Made by a program: the position numbers and the translations under genes. This document shows, one piece after another, positions 38,158 to 47,708 of a stretch of DNA of 63,688 nt. The DNA lies in the IMG/VR virus record IMGVR_UViG_3300036785_000484, positions 1 to 63,688 of that record; one strand, 5' to 3'. The notes beneath the pieces were generated by a model. The model did no database searches. It worked only from the letters and a program-made list of their open reading frames with translations, and was not told where the DNA came from. Within the stretch, counting starts at the first letter, position 1; the number at the start of each line of letters is the position of its first letter. This DNA is from a virus. Taxonomy: Duplodnaviria; Caudoviricetes.

Positions 38158-41100
38158 ATGGGTGCCACCGGGGCCATCGACCTTTACGCGGGCCGGAACT
38201 CGATCAGCGGGTCGAACATCTTCGACCTCAACAAATCGCCGCTCAGTCAGCTCAACGCAGGCACCGAGGATGTCATCGGCGAGCACGGCCAGAACGTCGG
38301 TGACGCGTTGTGGAAATCCGTTCAGATGATCATCGACTCCATCCTCGGCCTGGACCCCAGCAGCATGTCCGGGAAGACCGCCAACGACATCATCACGATG
38401 TTCGAGAACGTCTGGAACTTCCTGGGTGAGCTGAACCCGACCAGCCCGACCTTCGATCCGCTGGCCGCGATCGTCACCTTCATCAACAGCATGCTCAAGC
38501 CGTCCAACCTGATCGCGACCCTGGTGGCTGACGCCACCCATTCCGGTGGGGTGACCGGGTTCATCCCGCTGGAGAACCTGGCGCTGGACGCCATTGAAGG
38601 TGCGGTCGGCAGCGTTCAGCAGCTGATCGACGCCATCATGAATTTCTTCGGCTTCGGGGCGGGCACCGCCTCCTACGACGAAGTGCAGAAGCTGTTCGGA
38701 TTCTTCTACCAGTTCCTCGGTGCGCCGTCCGGCTGGCTGTCCGACCTCACCGACGCGGGCGCGTCGATCATCGGCTTCATCGAACACCAGCTGATGCCGA
38801 CCAACCTGCTGACCGGCTTCGACATGTTCATGCTGCACTGGCGGACCGGCCTGAACCTGGTGCTCGACCCCAGCTTCGAAACGACGCTGGCGTGGCCCGG
38901 CGCGATCATGGGCGTGCAGTCCACCGACCACGCGCGCACCGGCACCCACTCAATGAAGATCACCTCCGACGGCACCACCCGCGACGGGCACCTGCTGCGC
39001 AACCAGGTCGGTCCCCTGACGCAGTACGTGAAGTCCGGGCAGACCTTCGACGTCGAAGCGTTCGTCTACCCGGACCCCGCCACCGCCACCGCCGGGACCG
39101 GTCATCTCGACCTGGTGATGATCGCCACCGAGTCCACCGGCAGCGACCCCAGCTCCGAGGTGTCGGCCACCCGCATCGTCATGCCGACCACCGGCCAGTG
39201 GACGTGGATGCGCGGCAAGGTCACCGTGCCCAGCACCTACAACTACGACACCGCCGACTTCGTCTTCCGGATCGAAAGCGACATCCCCACCGGCGACATC
39301 GTCTACATCGACGACATCGCGGTGATCGACACCTCGGCGCAGCAGGACATCCTGCAGGCCATCCTTAACTCGGTCGGCCTGGGCGGCATCCTCAACGTCA
39401 CCCAGCTGGACACGTTCTTCCACAACCTCACCGCGATGCTGGGCCTACCGACGCTGGCGGATGTCTCGTTCGATATCGAGAACGCGATCAACAACTTCGT
39501 CAACAACATGCTGGACCCCAGCGTTTACTTCAGCAACCTGACCGCGATGCTGGGCCTGCCGACCCTTTCCGATGTCGCGTTCGATGTGACCACCGCGATC
39601 CAGACGTTCATCACCGACATGCTGCACCCGGCCAACCTGCTGGCGCCGTTGGAGCAGCTGACCTCCGGGGTCTTCACCATCCCGCAGCTCAACATCCCCG
39701 GACTGGACGCGACGAAGATCATCTCGGGTATCTTCGGCACCGGGCAAATCCCCAACCTGGACGCGTCCAAGATCATCTCCGGTGTCCTGAACGCTTTGCA
39801 GATTCCCGGCCTCGATGCGACGAAGATCATCACCGGGACGTTCACGGCGGGTCAGATCCCGAGTCTGCTTGCCGGGTGGGGGAAGACCGTCGATGCCACG
39901 CTGATGGCGAATGTCACCGTCGCGAACACGGCGGCGTGGCTGACCGCGACCGATCAGAACATCTCCGACTACATCTATCAGGCGATCCACGGCGGCACGA
40001 CCACCGGCAACGCACTGACCACCATCAAGACTTCGCTGCAGAACATTCCCGGCCTCAACATCGTCAGCGCGGTCCTGGCGTCCATCATCCCGGCGCTTGA
40101 CGCGACGAAGATCACCACCGGCATCTTCACCACGGGCCAGATCCCGAATCTGGATGCGTCCAAAATCGTGACCGGCGTGCTCAACGCGCTGCAGATTCCG
40201 GGTCTGGATGCCTCCAAGATCATCTCCGGAGTGGTTGCGGCGGCGAGCATCCCGAATATCACCAAGGCCATGTCAACCGACATGCAGTCCATCATCGACA
40301 ACGTTTATCAGGCCAGCTTTGGCGGTAGCTCCACCGGCAACACCCTGGCCTCGGTTAAGACCTCGCTGCTGAGTATTCCTGGCGTCAATATCATTTCGTC
40401 GTTGCTGGCCTCGGTGATCCCCGCGCTCGATGCCACCAAGATCACCACCGGTACCTTCCCCCAATCCATGCTCAATATCACCAGCATCGCGGGCTCAATC
40501 ATCACCGGCACCGTCGCGGCAGCGAACATCGCCGGTTTGGACGCCACCAAAATCATCAGCGGCATCTTCACGACCGGCCAGATACCCAACCTTGACGCCT
40601 CCAAAATCGTTACCGGTGTGCTCAACGCCTTACAGATACCGGGTTTGGACGCGACCAAAATTATCAGCGGTGTAGTGGCGGCGGCTCAGATCCCGAACAT
40701 CACCGCAGCGATGAGCACCGACATCCAGGCTTTGGTCGACGGCGCATTCCAGGCCATGCACGGGGGTACGTCAACGGGGAACCTGGTATCGACATTCAAA
40801 ACGAGTCTGCTCAACATTCCCGGCGCGAACATCATCTCGGCCATCCTGGCGTCCATCGTCCCCGGCCTCGATGCGACGAAGATCGTCACCGGGACGTTCC
40901 CGCAGTCAATGCTCAGCATCACGTCGATAGCGGGCAGCATCATCACCGGCACCGTCGCGGCGGCCAACATCGCTGGCCTCGACGCCACCAAGATCATTTC
41001 GGGCATTTTTACGACCGGTCAGATACCGAACTTGGACGCCTCGAAGATCGTGTCCGGCGTCCTCAACGCCTTACAGATCCCCGGTTTGGATGCCACGAAA

Positions 41101-44100
41101 ATTACCAGCGGTATCTTCACGACCGGCCAGATACCGAACCTCGACGCGTCGAAGATTGTGTCGGGAGTGCTGAACGCGCTACAGGTCCCCGGCTTGGATG
41201 CCTCCAAGATCATCAGCGGCACGTTCGCCAACTCCATGTCGCCCGGTCTGTTGCCGCAATCACTATGGAAAACCAGCACGACCGCGGGTACCAACCTGGT
41301 GCTCAGTCCCGACTTCGAGGACAACACAGTCGCAAGGACTGCGAGCAGCTTCAGTTCCCCCGCTAACGCGACATTCACCTACTCGACCACCCAAGCCCAC
41401 GGCGGCACACAGTCGTACGCCATCCAAACCGCATCGGACGTATCGAGCCAATGGGATGTCATGTGGCTGCCCGGCAGCAACTACGGGACCAACTCCTTCG
41501 ACCAAATGACTCGGTGCCAGGCCGGTCAATGGTTCTACATGGAGCTATACATCAGGGCCAAGTCCACCAATACGGCGACGAGTGGTTTAGCTAACTTCGG
41601 GTTGTTCCTCGCCAACTCCGCGTCCGGCGGTTCCACCCAGACAGCTATTTGGACTCAAACCCCGGCAGTGACGTCGATCTCCACTACCGGGTGGACGAAA
41701 ATGTCCGGGTGGGTGCAGGTTCCGGTTGGGTATGACCTGTGTTGCGCGATGCTCACGTTCAGTAATCAGAACGTCGGGGCGCAGACCTACTACATAGACG
41801 ACGCTCGGTGTGTTGAGGAAACACAGCCGCAGTCGATCACCGACCTGTTCAGCCAGGGTCTTTACGGGGCGAGCAGACCGGCCATCCCGGTGGTTTTCGA
41901 CGCGGTCGGTGCCGGTGTCCAATTAGATAGCACGGTCGTCACCGAGAACCACACCATCACCGGCCCGAACGCCGTGGTGTTCGTGTCGACGTACGATACG
42001 CCAGGCACTCTCACCGTGAGGATCGGCGGGTCGTCCGGCCCGCTGATGACGCAAGTCGCCTCTGTGAGCTATTCTTCGTCGCCCGTCGACTACCTCTTCG
42101 CGTTCGTCCTGCAGAACGCACCCACCGGAGTCCAGCAGATCTATGCGTCGGCATCGAACGCTGTAGCGATGTCCATCAACTCCGAGTCCTTCAGCAGCGC
42201 GGTGTCGTTCGGCACCCCAGTCACCGCCTTTAGTAATGCGGCGACCACGCCGTCCCTGACGGTGGGCGGCACCAATACCTACGACCGGGTGGTGGCGGCA
42301 TTCGGCGGATACTCGACCAGCTTCACCGGGTTCAATCAGACGCAGCGATCCAACCAGCCGTTCACCCCCGGCGCTGGGCTTCCGCTGGTGATCGGCGACG
42401 CCCCCGGCGCGGCCAGCGTCAACTTCTCCTGCACAAATTCAAACCCGTGGGGCGGCATCGCCATCCCGATCAGCGGCACCCCAGCCAGCTCCACGAATAC
42501 CGGCAACCCGGTCAGCTCCCTGTTCGCCGGGCTGCAGGACATGATGACCCGGATCTACAGCCAGCCCACCTTGGGCAGTTTCATCCCAGGGCTTAATGTG
42601 CAGAGCCCTATCGGTGGCGTACTCACCGACGTGACCACGGCGTTCCAGACCACTGTCGACAAGACCATCCAGGGCGTCACGGGTAGTACCGGCAGCGGCA
42701 ACGCGGTCGGCCAGCTTGCGTCGGTGTTCAACCAGGCGATGGGCTACCTCGGGTTCAACTTCAACAACCAGACCACCCCGCCCACCAACTCGGTCGCGGG
42801 TACCACCGGCACCAACCAGACCAGCTTGAACAACCGGGCGGTGACCAAGCCGTCCTACAACGCGATCGACCCCACCGCCGATTCGGTGTTTCCGCTGTCC
42901 AGCATTAGCGGCTCGTCGTCGGCCACCACCGTCTCGGTCACCGCCGCCCAGAGCGCGATGGGAATCATCGGCACCCCCGATGCCGGGGTCAAGCAGAGCG
43001 TGGAGTGGCTGGGTTACGGTCCGGCCACCATCACCGGCGTCTACTACAACATTTACTCGATGAACGGCTCCACCGGGGCGCTGACCCTGGTGTACGCGTC
43101 ACCTAATGTCGTGGGCAACATCACTCTCGGTGGATCGTCGCCGACCTGGGTCAACCTCGCGATCCCGGCTGCCAACTACCTCACCGCGCAGCAGAACACC
43201 TACTACGCCATGGAGGTGGTCGTCGCGGGCACCGGCACCTACAGCCTCGCCGGGATCAACCACGCCTGGCTACCCAGCGCGGGCCACCCCACCGCGTACC
43301 CGAAGCAACTCGCCGTCACGCGGGCCATCAGCGCCGGGACCATCGCCATCGACGCTTCCCCGGCTGGAAACAACGTTGCGGTCGCGGGGGCAGCCACCCA
43401 GAACACCAACGTCACCATCGCCGCCACCGCGACCGCACTTGTCGTCGGAGTCACCGTCGTCACGGCAGCAAACACCACCAGCGCACCGACGATTTCATGC
43501 AAGATCGGCAGCACAACCCTCGCCCAGCTCGGTGTGTATCAGTCCGGTCCCATCGGCGGGGTCTGCTCTACCGTCGCCCTGTATGGGCTGATCAACCCGC
43601 CCACCGGGGCACAGACCATTACCACCACCGCAACACCGAACCCGCTCGCCAGTGACGCCGCCTACCTCAGCGTCTGTGTCGACACGTACACGAACGTCGC
43701 GTCGTTCGGCACGGCGCAAACAGCAAACGGGTCAACGGCAGCGGCGTCACACACCGTGACCAGCGGTGCGACAGGTGGCCGCATCGTCCAGATGTTCGGC
43801 GTGGTGCAGGCGAACGTGTCTCTGACGTTGAGCGCCTACAACCAAACTCAGCGCCAAAACGTCGCCAGCGGTGCCAGCAGCTACGGCTCGTGTGTGATGG
43901 GTGACGCGGCGGGGGCAGCGAGCGTCACCATCTCGGCGACGATCTCGTCGGCGGCGGCCTGGGGCTCGGTCGCCGTCCCGCTCAACCCGGCACCGGCCGC
44001 GCCGCCCAGCAGCATCCCCAGCCCCACCTGGTCGCAGACCGTGCCATGGATGGCGCTGTCCGGCGCGGCCGCGGCCACGACCTATGCACCACTTGTGACG

Positions 44101-44664
44101 CAGTACGCGGCGGCGGGCTCCTACACCTACAGCGTCCCGTCGTGGATGAAAGCGGGGAACCACTTCGACATCCTGGTGGTCGGCGCGGGTATGGGCGGCC
44201 AGGGCGGCGGCGGTCCATCCAACGGTGTCGGCGGTGGTGCCGGAATCTGGGCGACGCCGGTGACCCTCGTCTATGGCGTCGACATCCCCACCAGCACCAC
44301 CAACTTCACCGTCACCATCGGCGCGGGCGGGATAGGCGGTGCTGGCGGCGGTGGCTTTCCCAGCGGCAGTGCGGGCGCGCAATCGTCGGTGGCCATGACC
44401 GGGCACACCACCATCGCCGCCAATGGCGGCTCCTCGGCAGCAGGCTCCACTACCGGGCTCTCACCCGGTAACCAGCCCCTGACGGGCGCCGACGGTTACG
44501 CCGGGATCTACTACGGCGGTGGAACACAACCCGCCGCCGGAGCCAACGGGAACGCGCCGGGCGGCGGCGGCGGCGGCGGTATCTGGGGTTACTTCAACGC
44601 GCTGGCCGCAGGTCCTGGTGGCAAGGGCGGCGATGGTGGAGTCTGGATCCGCGCCTACATGTAA
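38158..44664 (+). CDS. very large minor tail / receptor-binding protein (2168 aa)
   Basis: Many IPxLDA(S/T)KI repeats; two CBM-like NLVxxPxFE...YIDD domains; two related beta modules; Gly-rich C-terminus. Confidence 0.88.
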   Translation: MGATGAIDLYAGRNSISGSNIFDLNKSPLSQLNAGTEDVIGEHGQNVGDALWKSVQMIIDSILGLDPSSMSGKTANDIITMFENVWNFLGELNPTSPTFDPLAAIVTFINSMLKPSNLIATLVADATHSGGVTGFIPLENLALDAIEGAVGSVQQLIDAIMNFFGFGAGTASYDEVQKLFGFFYQFLGAPSGWLSDLTDAGASIIGFIEHQLMPTNLLTGFDMFMLHWRTGLNLVLDPSFETTLAWPGAIMGVQSTDHARTGTHSMKITSDGTTRDGHLLRNQVGPLTQYVKSGQTFDVEAFVYPDPATATAGTGHLDLVMIATESTGSDPSSEVSATRIVMPTTGQWTWMRGKVTVPSTYNYDTADFVFRIESDIPTGDIVYIDDIAVIDTSAQQDILQAILNSVGLGGILNVTQLDTFFHNLTAMLGLPTLADVSFDIENAINNFVNNMLDPSVYFSNLTAMLGLPTLSDVAFDVTTAIQTFITDMLHPANLLAPLEQLTSGVFTIPQLNIPGLDATKIISGIFGTGQIPNLDASKIISGVLNALQIPGLDATKIITGTFTAGQIPSLLAGWGKTVDATLMANVTVANTAAWLTATDQNISDYIYQAIHGGTTTGNALTTIKTSLQNIPGLNIVSAVLASIIPALDATKITTGIFTTGQIPNLDASKIVTGVLNALQIPGLDASKIISGVVAAASIPNITKAMSTDMQSIIDNVYQASFGGSSTGNTLASVKTSLLSIPGVNIISSLLASVIPALDATKITTGTFPQSMLNITSIAGSIITGTVAAANIAGLDATKIISGIFTTGQIPNLDASKIVTGVLNALQIPGLDATKIISGVVAAAQIPNITAAMSTDIQALVDGAFQAMHGGTSTGNLVSTFKTSLLNIPGANIISAILASIVPGLDATKIVTGTFPQSMLSITSIAGSIITGTVAAANIAGLDATKIISGIFTTGQIPNLDASKIVSGVLNALQIPGLDATKITSGIFTTGQIPNLDASKIVSGVLNALQVPGLDASKIISGTFANSMSPGLLPQSLWKTSTTAGTNLVLSPDFEDNTVARTASSFSSPANATFTYSTTQAHGGTQSYAIQTASDVSSQWDVMWLPGSNYGTNSFDQMTRCQAGQWFYMELYIRAKSTNTATSGLANFGLFLANSASGGSTQTAIWTQTPAVTSISTTGWTKMSGWVQVPVGYDLCCAMLTFSNQNVGAQTYYIDDARCVEETQPQSITDLFSQGLYGASRPAIPVVFDAVGAGVQLDSTVVTENHTITGPNAVVFVSTYDTPGTLTVRIGGSSGPLMTQVASVSYSSSPVDYLFAFVLQNAPTGVQQIYASASNAVAMSINSESFSSAVSFGTPVTAFSNAATTPSLTVGGTNTYDRVVAAFGGYSTSFTGFNQTQRSNQPFTPGAGLPLVIGDAPGAASVNFSCTNSNPWGGIAIPISGTPASSTNTGNPVSSLFAGLQDMMTRIYSQPTLGSFIPGLNVQSPIGGVLTDVTTAFQTTVDKTIQGVTGSTGSGNAVGQLASVFNQAMGYLGFNFNNQTTPPTNSVAGTTGTNQTSLNNRAVTKPSYNAIDPTADSVFPLSSISGSSSATTVSVTAAQSAMGIIGTPDAGVKQSVEWLGYGPATITGVYYNIYSMNGSTGALTLVYASPNVVGNITLGGSSPTWVNLAIPAANYLTAQQNTYYAMEVVVAGTGTYSLAGINHAWLPSAGHPTAYPKQLAVTRAISAGTIAIDASPAGNNVAVAGAATQNTNVTIAATATALVVGVTVVTAANTTSAPTISCKIGSTTLAQLGVYQSGPIGGVCSTVALYGLINPPTGAQTITTTATPNPLASDAAYLSVCVDTYTNVASFGTAQTANGSTAAASHTVTSGATGGRIVQMFGVVQANVSLTLSAYNQTQRQNVASGASSYGSCVMGDAAGAASVTISATISSAAAWGSVAVPLNPAPAAPPSSIPSPTWSQTVPWMALSGAAAATTYAPLVTQYAAAGSYTYSVPSWMKAGNHFDILVVGAGMGGQGGGGPSNGVGGGAGIWATPVTLVYGVDIPTSTTNFTVTIGAGGIGGAGGGGFPSGSAGAQSSVAMTGHTTIAANGGSSAAGSTTGLSPGNQPLTGADGYAGIYYGGGTQPAAGANGNAPGGGGGGGIWGYFNALAAGPGGKGGDGGVWIRAYM
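39690..41230 (+). repeat. intragenic LDA(S/T)KI repeats with a 441-bp higher-order period
   Basis: GIFTTGQIPNLDASKIV starts at 40120, 40561 and 41002. Confidence 0.9.
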
Positions 44665-44673
44665 AGGAGAGAG

Positions 44674-44994
44674 ATGGGAAGCAACCAAGTCGTTCCGTCA
44701 ACGCCGCACACGTCGTGGCTCATCAACGTCAACCCGCCCAATACCGACGACCCGACCCAGCCGTCCATCCTGGACGTGTACGACCTGATGGCCACACTGC
44801 CCTCGGGTGGCTACCGGGTGGAGTGGCTGTCCTACCCCGACGAGGAGCATCCCGGCGACCTTGCCTACCTACTGAGCCTCTACAAGAACAGTCAGGCTCA
44901 GCAGGCGCACATCGGCGACTACGTGGTGTTCGACGGCGAGAACGCGCGCCGCTACGACGCCACCGAGTACGAAGCGACGTTCGCCCCGGCATAA
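44674..44994 (+). CDS. hypothetical tail-region protein
   Basis: RBS AAAGGAG. Confidence 0.75.
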   Translation: MGSNQVVPSTPHTSWLINVNPPNTDDPTQPSILDVYDLMATLPSGGYRVEWLSYPDEEHPGDLAYLLSLYKNSQAQQAHIGDYVVFDGENARRYDATEYEATFAPA

Positions 44995-45031
44995 ATTCAC
45001 AACAAGGAGGATCAGATGAAGGAGAGAACAC

Positions 45032-45298
45032 ATGGGTGACGAGCACACCAACGGATCGTCAGCCGCTCAGCCGTCGATGAAGGAGCGGCTCACACGGCTG
45101 GAGCAGGAGTCGGCGCTGCAGGCGCAGACCATTCAGCGTCTCGCTGCCGCGCTGGGCGCGTTTCTGGCCAGCGCGATGCAGCCGCAGCTGAAAGATCAGC
45201 TGACCGAGCAGCTGCTCGGCGGCGGCGGGTCGCCGTTGCAGATGCCGATCCCCAAGCTCAACGATGTCAACGCGGTAGAGGCGGTGTCACATGGCTGA
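45032..45298 (+). CDS. hypothetical coiled-coil protein
   Basis: RBS AAGGAG. Confidence 0.7.
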   Translation: MGDEHTNGSSAAQPSMKERLTRLEQESALQAQTIQRLAAALGAFLASAMQPQLKDQLTEQLLGGGGSPLQMPIPKLNDVNAVEAVSHG

Positions 45299-45557
45299 GC
45301 AGACCAAACCTAAGATCCCCGTTCCGGTCCCGGCGGAAATCCCGATGCCACGGGATGTTCCCACGCCGACACCGCCGGAGTACGCGACGGGCGCGGTCAA
45401 GCAGGACCCAACCACGCTCGCCGTCGCGGTCCGCACCGATATTCCCGACGTCGACTACAGCCACGACTGGGGTGTGATGACGATTGAGCACGGCGGCCAT
45501 TACGCCACCTGGGATGAGGTGTCGACCTGGGATGACCTGGCCGTCACCGCCCGTTAG
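45291..45557 (+). CDS. hypothetical tail-region protein
   Basis: GAVKQDP..AVAVRT..WGVMT..GG; overlaps the upstream gene. Confidence 0.7.
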   Translation: MAEQTKPKIPVPVPAEIPMPRDVPTPTPPEYATGAVKQDPTTLAVAVRTDIPDVDYSHDWGVMTIEHGGHYATWDEVSTWDDLAVTAR

Positions 45558-47221
45558 AACAGTGCGAAGAATCCGCTCGGCGACGCCGCCGGGGCGGGCG
45601 GGACGTTGAGGTTGTCCCAGATGGTGTTGTTCACGGTGATAGTGCCGCTGCTGGCGCCGCCGAACACCTCCAGCTCCAGCTGGGTGATATCCAAGATGGT
45701 GTTCGTCCAGGTCATGTAGTTCGTCCAGGTGACACCGTCTGGGCTGGCATCGAAATAAATCACGTTCGCGGTGTGTCGAATACGCAGCCACGCGAAACTG
45801 GTGGAGTTGTACGCGTAGAAGTTCGACACGATGTTGCTGTTGTTGATGAACACGCTGGCGGACATGTACAGGGCGGTGCCGCTGTCGTTTCGAGCCCACT
45901 CCACATAATTCAGGCCATTGGTACTGGTGAGCCGGAAAGGGGCGTACAGGGTGGTGGCAGCCTGGCCGAACTGGACAACCTGGACATAAACCGCCGACTC
46001 GGTGAGGTCATATACGGCAACGGACGTGACGATGCCGCTCCCGGAAGCGGCCGTGAGCAGCACCAGTTGCCCACCGGACACGGAGGCGTTGGAGCCCCAC
46101 CCCGCCCACTTGGAGACGTCCTGGGTCGCGAAGTTGTCGGTGAAGGTGGAGATCTTCGGACCCGGCGGGGTGTTGACGTTGTCCCAGATGGTGTTGGGAA
46201 CAGTAATGGTTCCGGTGGTCTGTCCGCCGAGCAGCGCGACATACATATTGGTCATGCCGGTGGTGCCGCTGACGGTCCAACTGCCGCAGTTCGTCCAGGT
46301 CAGACAGTCCGGGCTGGCATCGAAATAGACCACGCCCCCGGTGTGGCGAAACCGCAGCCAGGCAAAAGTGACGGGATCGTAGGTGTAAAAGGCGCTGACA
46401 TAGACCTGGGCTGCGTTGACGTACACAGAAATTGCGATCGCGTTGCCATTGGTGGGGCTGGGAATATAGCCCCACTCCATATAGTCGCCGTAACCATTGT
46501 TGGGGGAAGCGAGCCGGAACGGCACGTAGTTGCTGGTAGCACACTGGGAGAACTGAAGAGCCCGGACGTAAATAGACGACTCGGTCAGATCGTAAACCGC
46601 GTTACTGGTTATCTGCCCCGGACTAGAGGGGGCAGCGACCAACGACAATTGCTGATTGACTACCGAAGCGTTGGCGCCCCACCCCGTCCATTTCGTGGTG
46701 TCCTGGGTGGCGAAGCTGTCGCTGAAGGTGGACACCTTCGGCGGTGCCGTGTAGGTGACGGTGAGGTCGACCTGGTCGAGTGAGAAGACGGAGCTTGTTG
46801 TGCCGCTGTGGGTGGCTGTCACCAGCACCCGCAGACCATTGAACACCTGCAGGTCGGTCGGTGTGCCCACCGTCAATGTGTCCGTGTGCGCCGACGTACT
46901 GAGTGTCGCGGTCGCCGCCGAGCCGATGGCGGTGCCGGTAGAATCCTGCAGCTGCACCGTAATCGAAGTCCAACGCGAAGTAGTAGCAACCAAACTTCGT
47001 ATCGCGGCGCTGACGCTGCTGATTGTCGCGCCCATCACGGGACCGGTGAACGTGTACCCGCCGATAACGATGGTGCCGACGCCGCCGGAGGCCGCATTGG
47101 TGAAGGTGGCGTAGGTGGCCGGGTTTGTGCCTACCGCGCCGTCCCAGGCGTTGGCGGTGCTGGCCCATGTTGTGCCGCTGGTGGAGACAACACTGGTGCC
47201 GCGCGACTGAGCGGTGGCCAT
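45554..47221 (-). CDS. adhesin-like protein with two tandem lectin-like beta-sandwich domains
   Basis: Duplicated K(V/I)STF.D.FATQD..KW.GWG ... FAWLR.RHT..V.YFDASPD..TWTN ... WDN; ends GFFALF. Confidence 0.75.
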   Translation of the reverse strand: MATAQSRGTSVVSTSGTTWASTANAWDGAVGTNPATYATFTNAASGGVGTIVIGGYTFTGPVMGATISSVSAAIRSLVATTSRWTSITVQLQDSTGTAIGSAATATLSTSAHTDTLTVGTPTDLQVFNGLRVLVTATHSGTTSSVFSLDQVDLTVTYTAPPKVSTFSDSFATQDTTKWTGWGANASVVNQQLSLVAAPSSPGQITSNAVYDLTESSIYVRALQFSQCATSNYVPFRLASPNNGYGDYMEWGYIPSPTNGNAIAISVYVNAAQVYVSAFYTYDPVTFAWLRFRHTGGVVYFDASPDCLTWTNCGSWTVSGTTGMTNMYVALLGGQTTGTITVPNTIWDNVNTPPGPKISTFTDNFATQDVSKWAGWGSNASVSGGQLVLLTAASGSGIVTSVAVYDLTESAVYVQVVQFGQAATTLYAPFRLTSTNGLNYVEWARNDSGTALYMSASVFINNSNIVSNFYAYNSTSFAWLRIRHTANVIYFDASPDGVTWTNYMTWTNTILDITQLELEVFGGASSGTITVNNTIWDNLNVPPAPAASPSGFFALF

Positions 47222-47703
47222 CAGTAACTGTTGACCGCGACGCAGACGTACTTGGCGGCGACCTCGTCGTAGATGAAACCCATGATGTGTGTCTTGCCGA
47301 CCGTGGTGGAGCTGATCATCGCGGCGTTATCGGAGCTCTGGAACTGAGTTCCGGGTGCGAAGGTTCTCGACGTGCCGTTGTCCTTCACCCGCACGATCAG
47401 CTTGTAGCCCGCCGCCGGGCCGGTCACCGTGATGCCGGTGAGGTTGACCGCGAGCGCGGTGATGTTCAGCTGGTCGTTGCCGCACGCGGTCAGCGACGGG
47501 GTGGCCGAGGACGCGGTCGACGTGACATTGGGCGCATCGGCCTTGGAAGCCCAGGCGGAGCCGGTGGAGGTGAGCACGAAGCCGGTCGTGCCCGCAGCGG
47601 AGACCCCGGTGCCGCCGTTGGCCATCGGCAGGACGTTGGCGACCTCAGCGGTCAGGTCGATGCTTTCTACGACCTGCCGGTCGGCGACCTTGGTGACAGC
47701 CAT
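47221..47703 (-). CDS. fibre tip/adaptor protein
   Basis: LPMANGGTG fibre repeat; SSATP...LIVRVKDNGTSR...GFIYD...CVAV; RBS AGGAG. Confidence 0.7.
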   Translation of the reverse strand: MAVTKVADRQVVESIDLTAEVANVLPMANGGTGVSAAGTTGFVLTSTGSAWASKADAPNVTSTASSATPSLTACGNDQLNITALAVNLTGITVTGPAAGYKLIVRVKDNGTSRTFAPGTQFQSSDNAAMISSTTVGKTHIMGFIYDEVAAKYVCVAVNSY

Positions 47704-47708
47704 AGCTC

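Noticed and set aside
39690-41230. CRISPR array or DGR template/variable repeat
   Set aside because: The repeats are in-frame protein repeats with synonymous, not adenine-specific, changes; no spacers, cas or reverse transcriptase genes are present
45600-46745. DGR VR/TR pair in the adhesin gene
   Set aside because: Both copies are coding domains of one ORF with differences at all bases; no RT in the window
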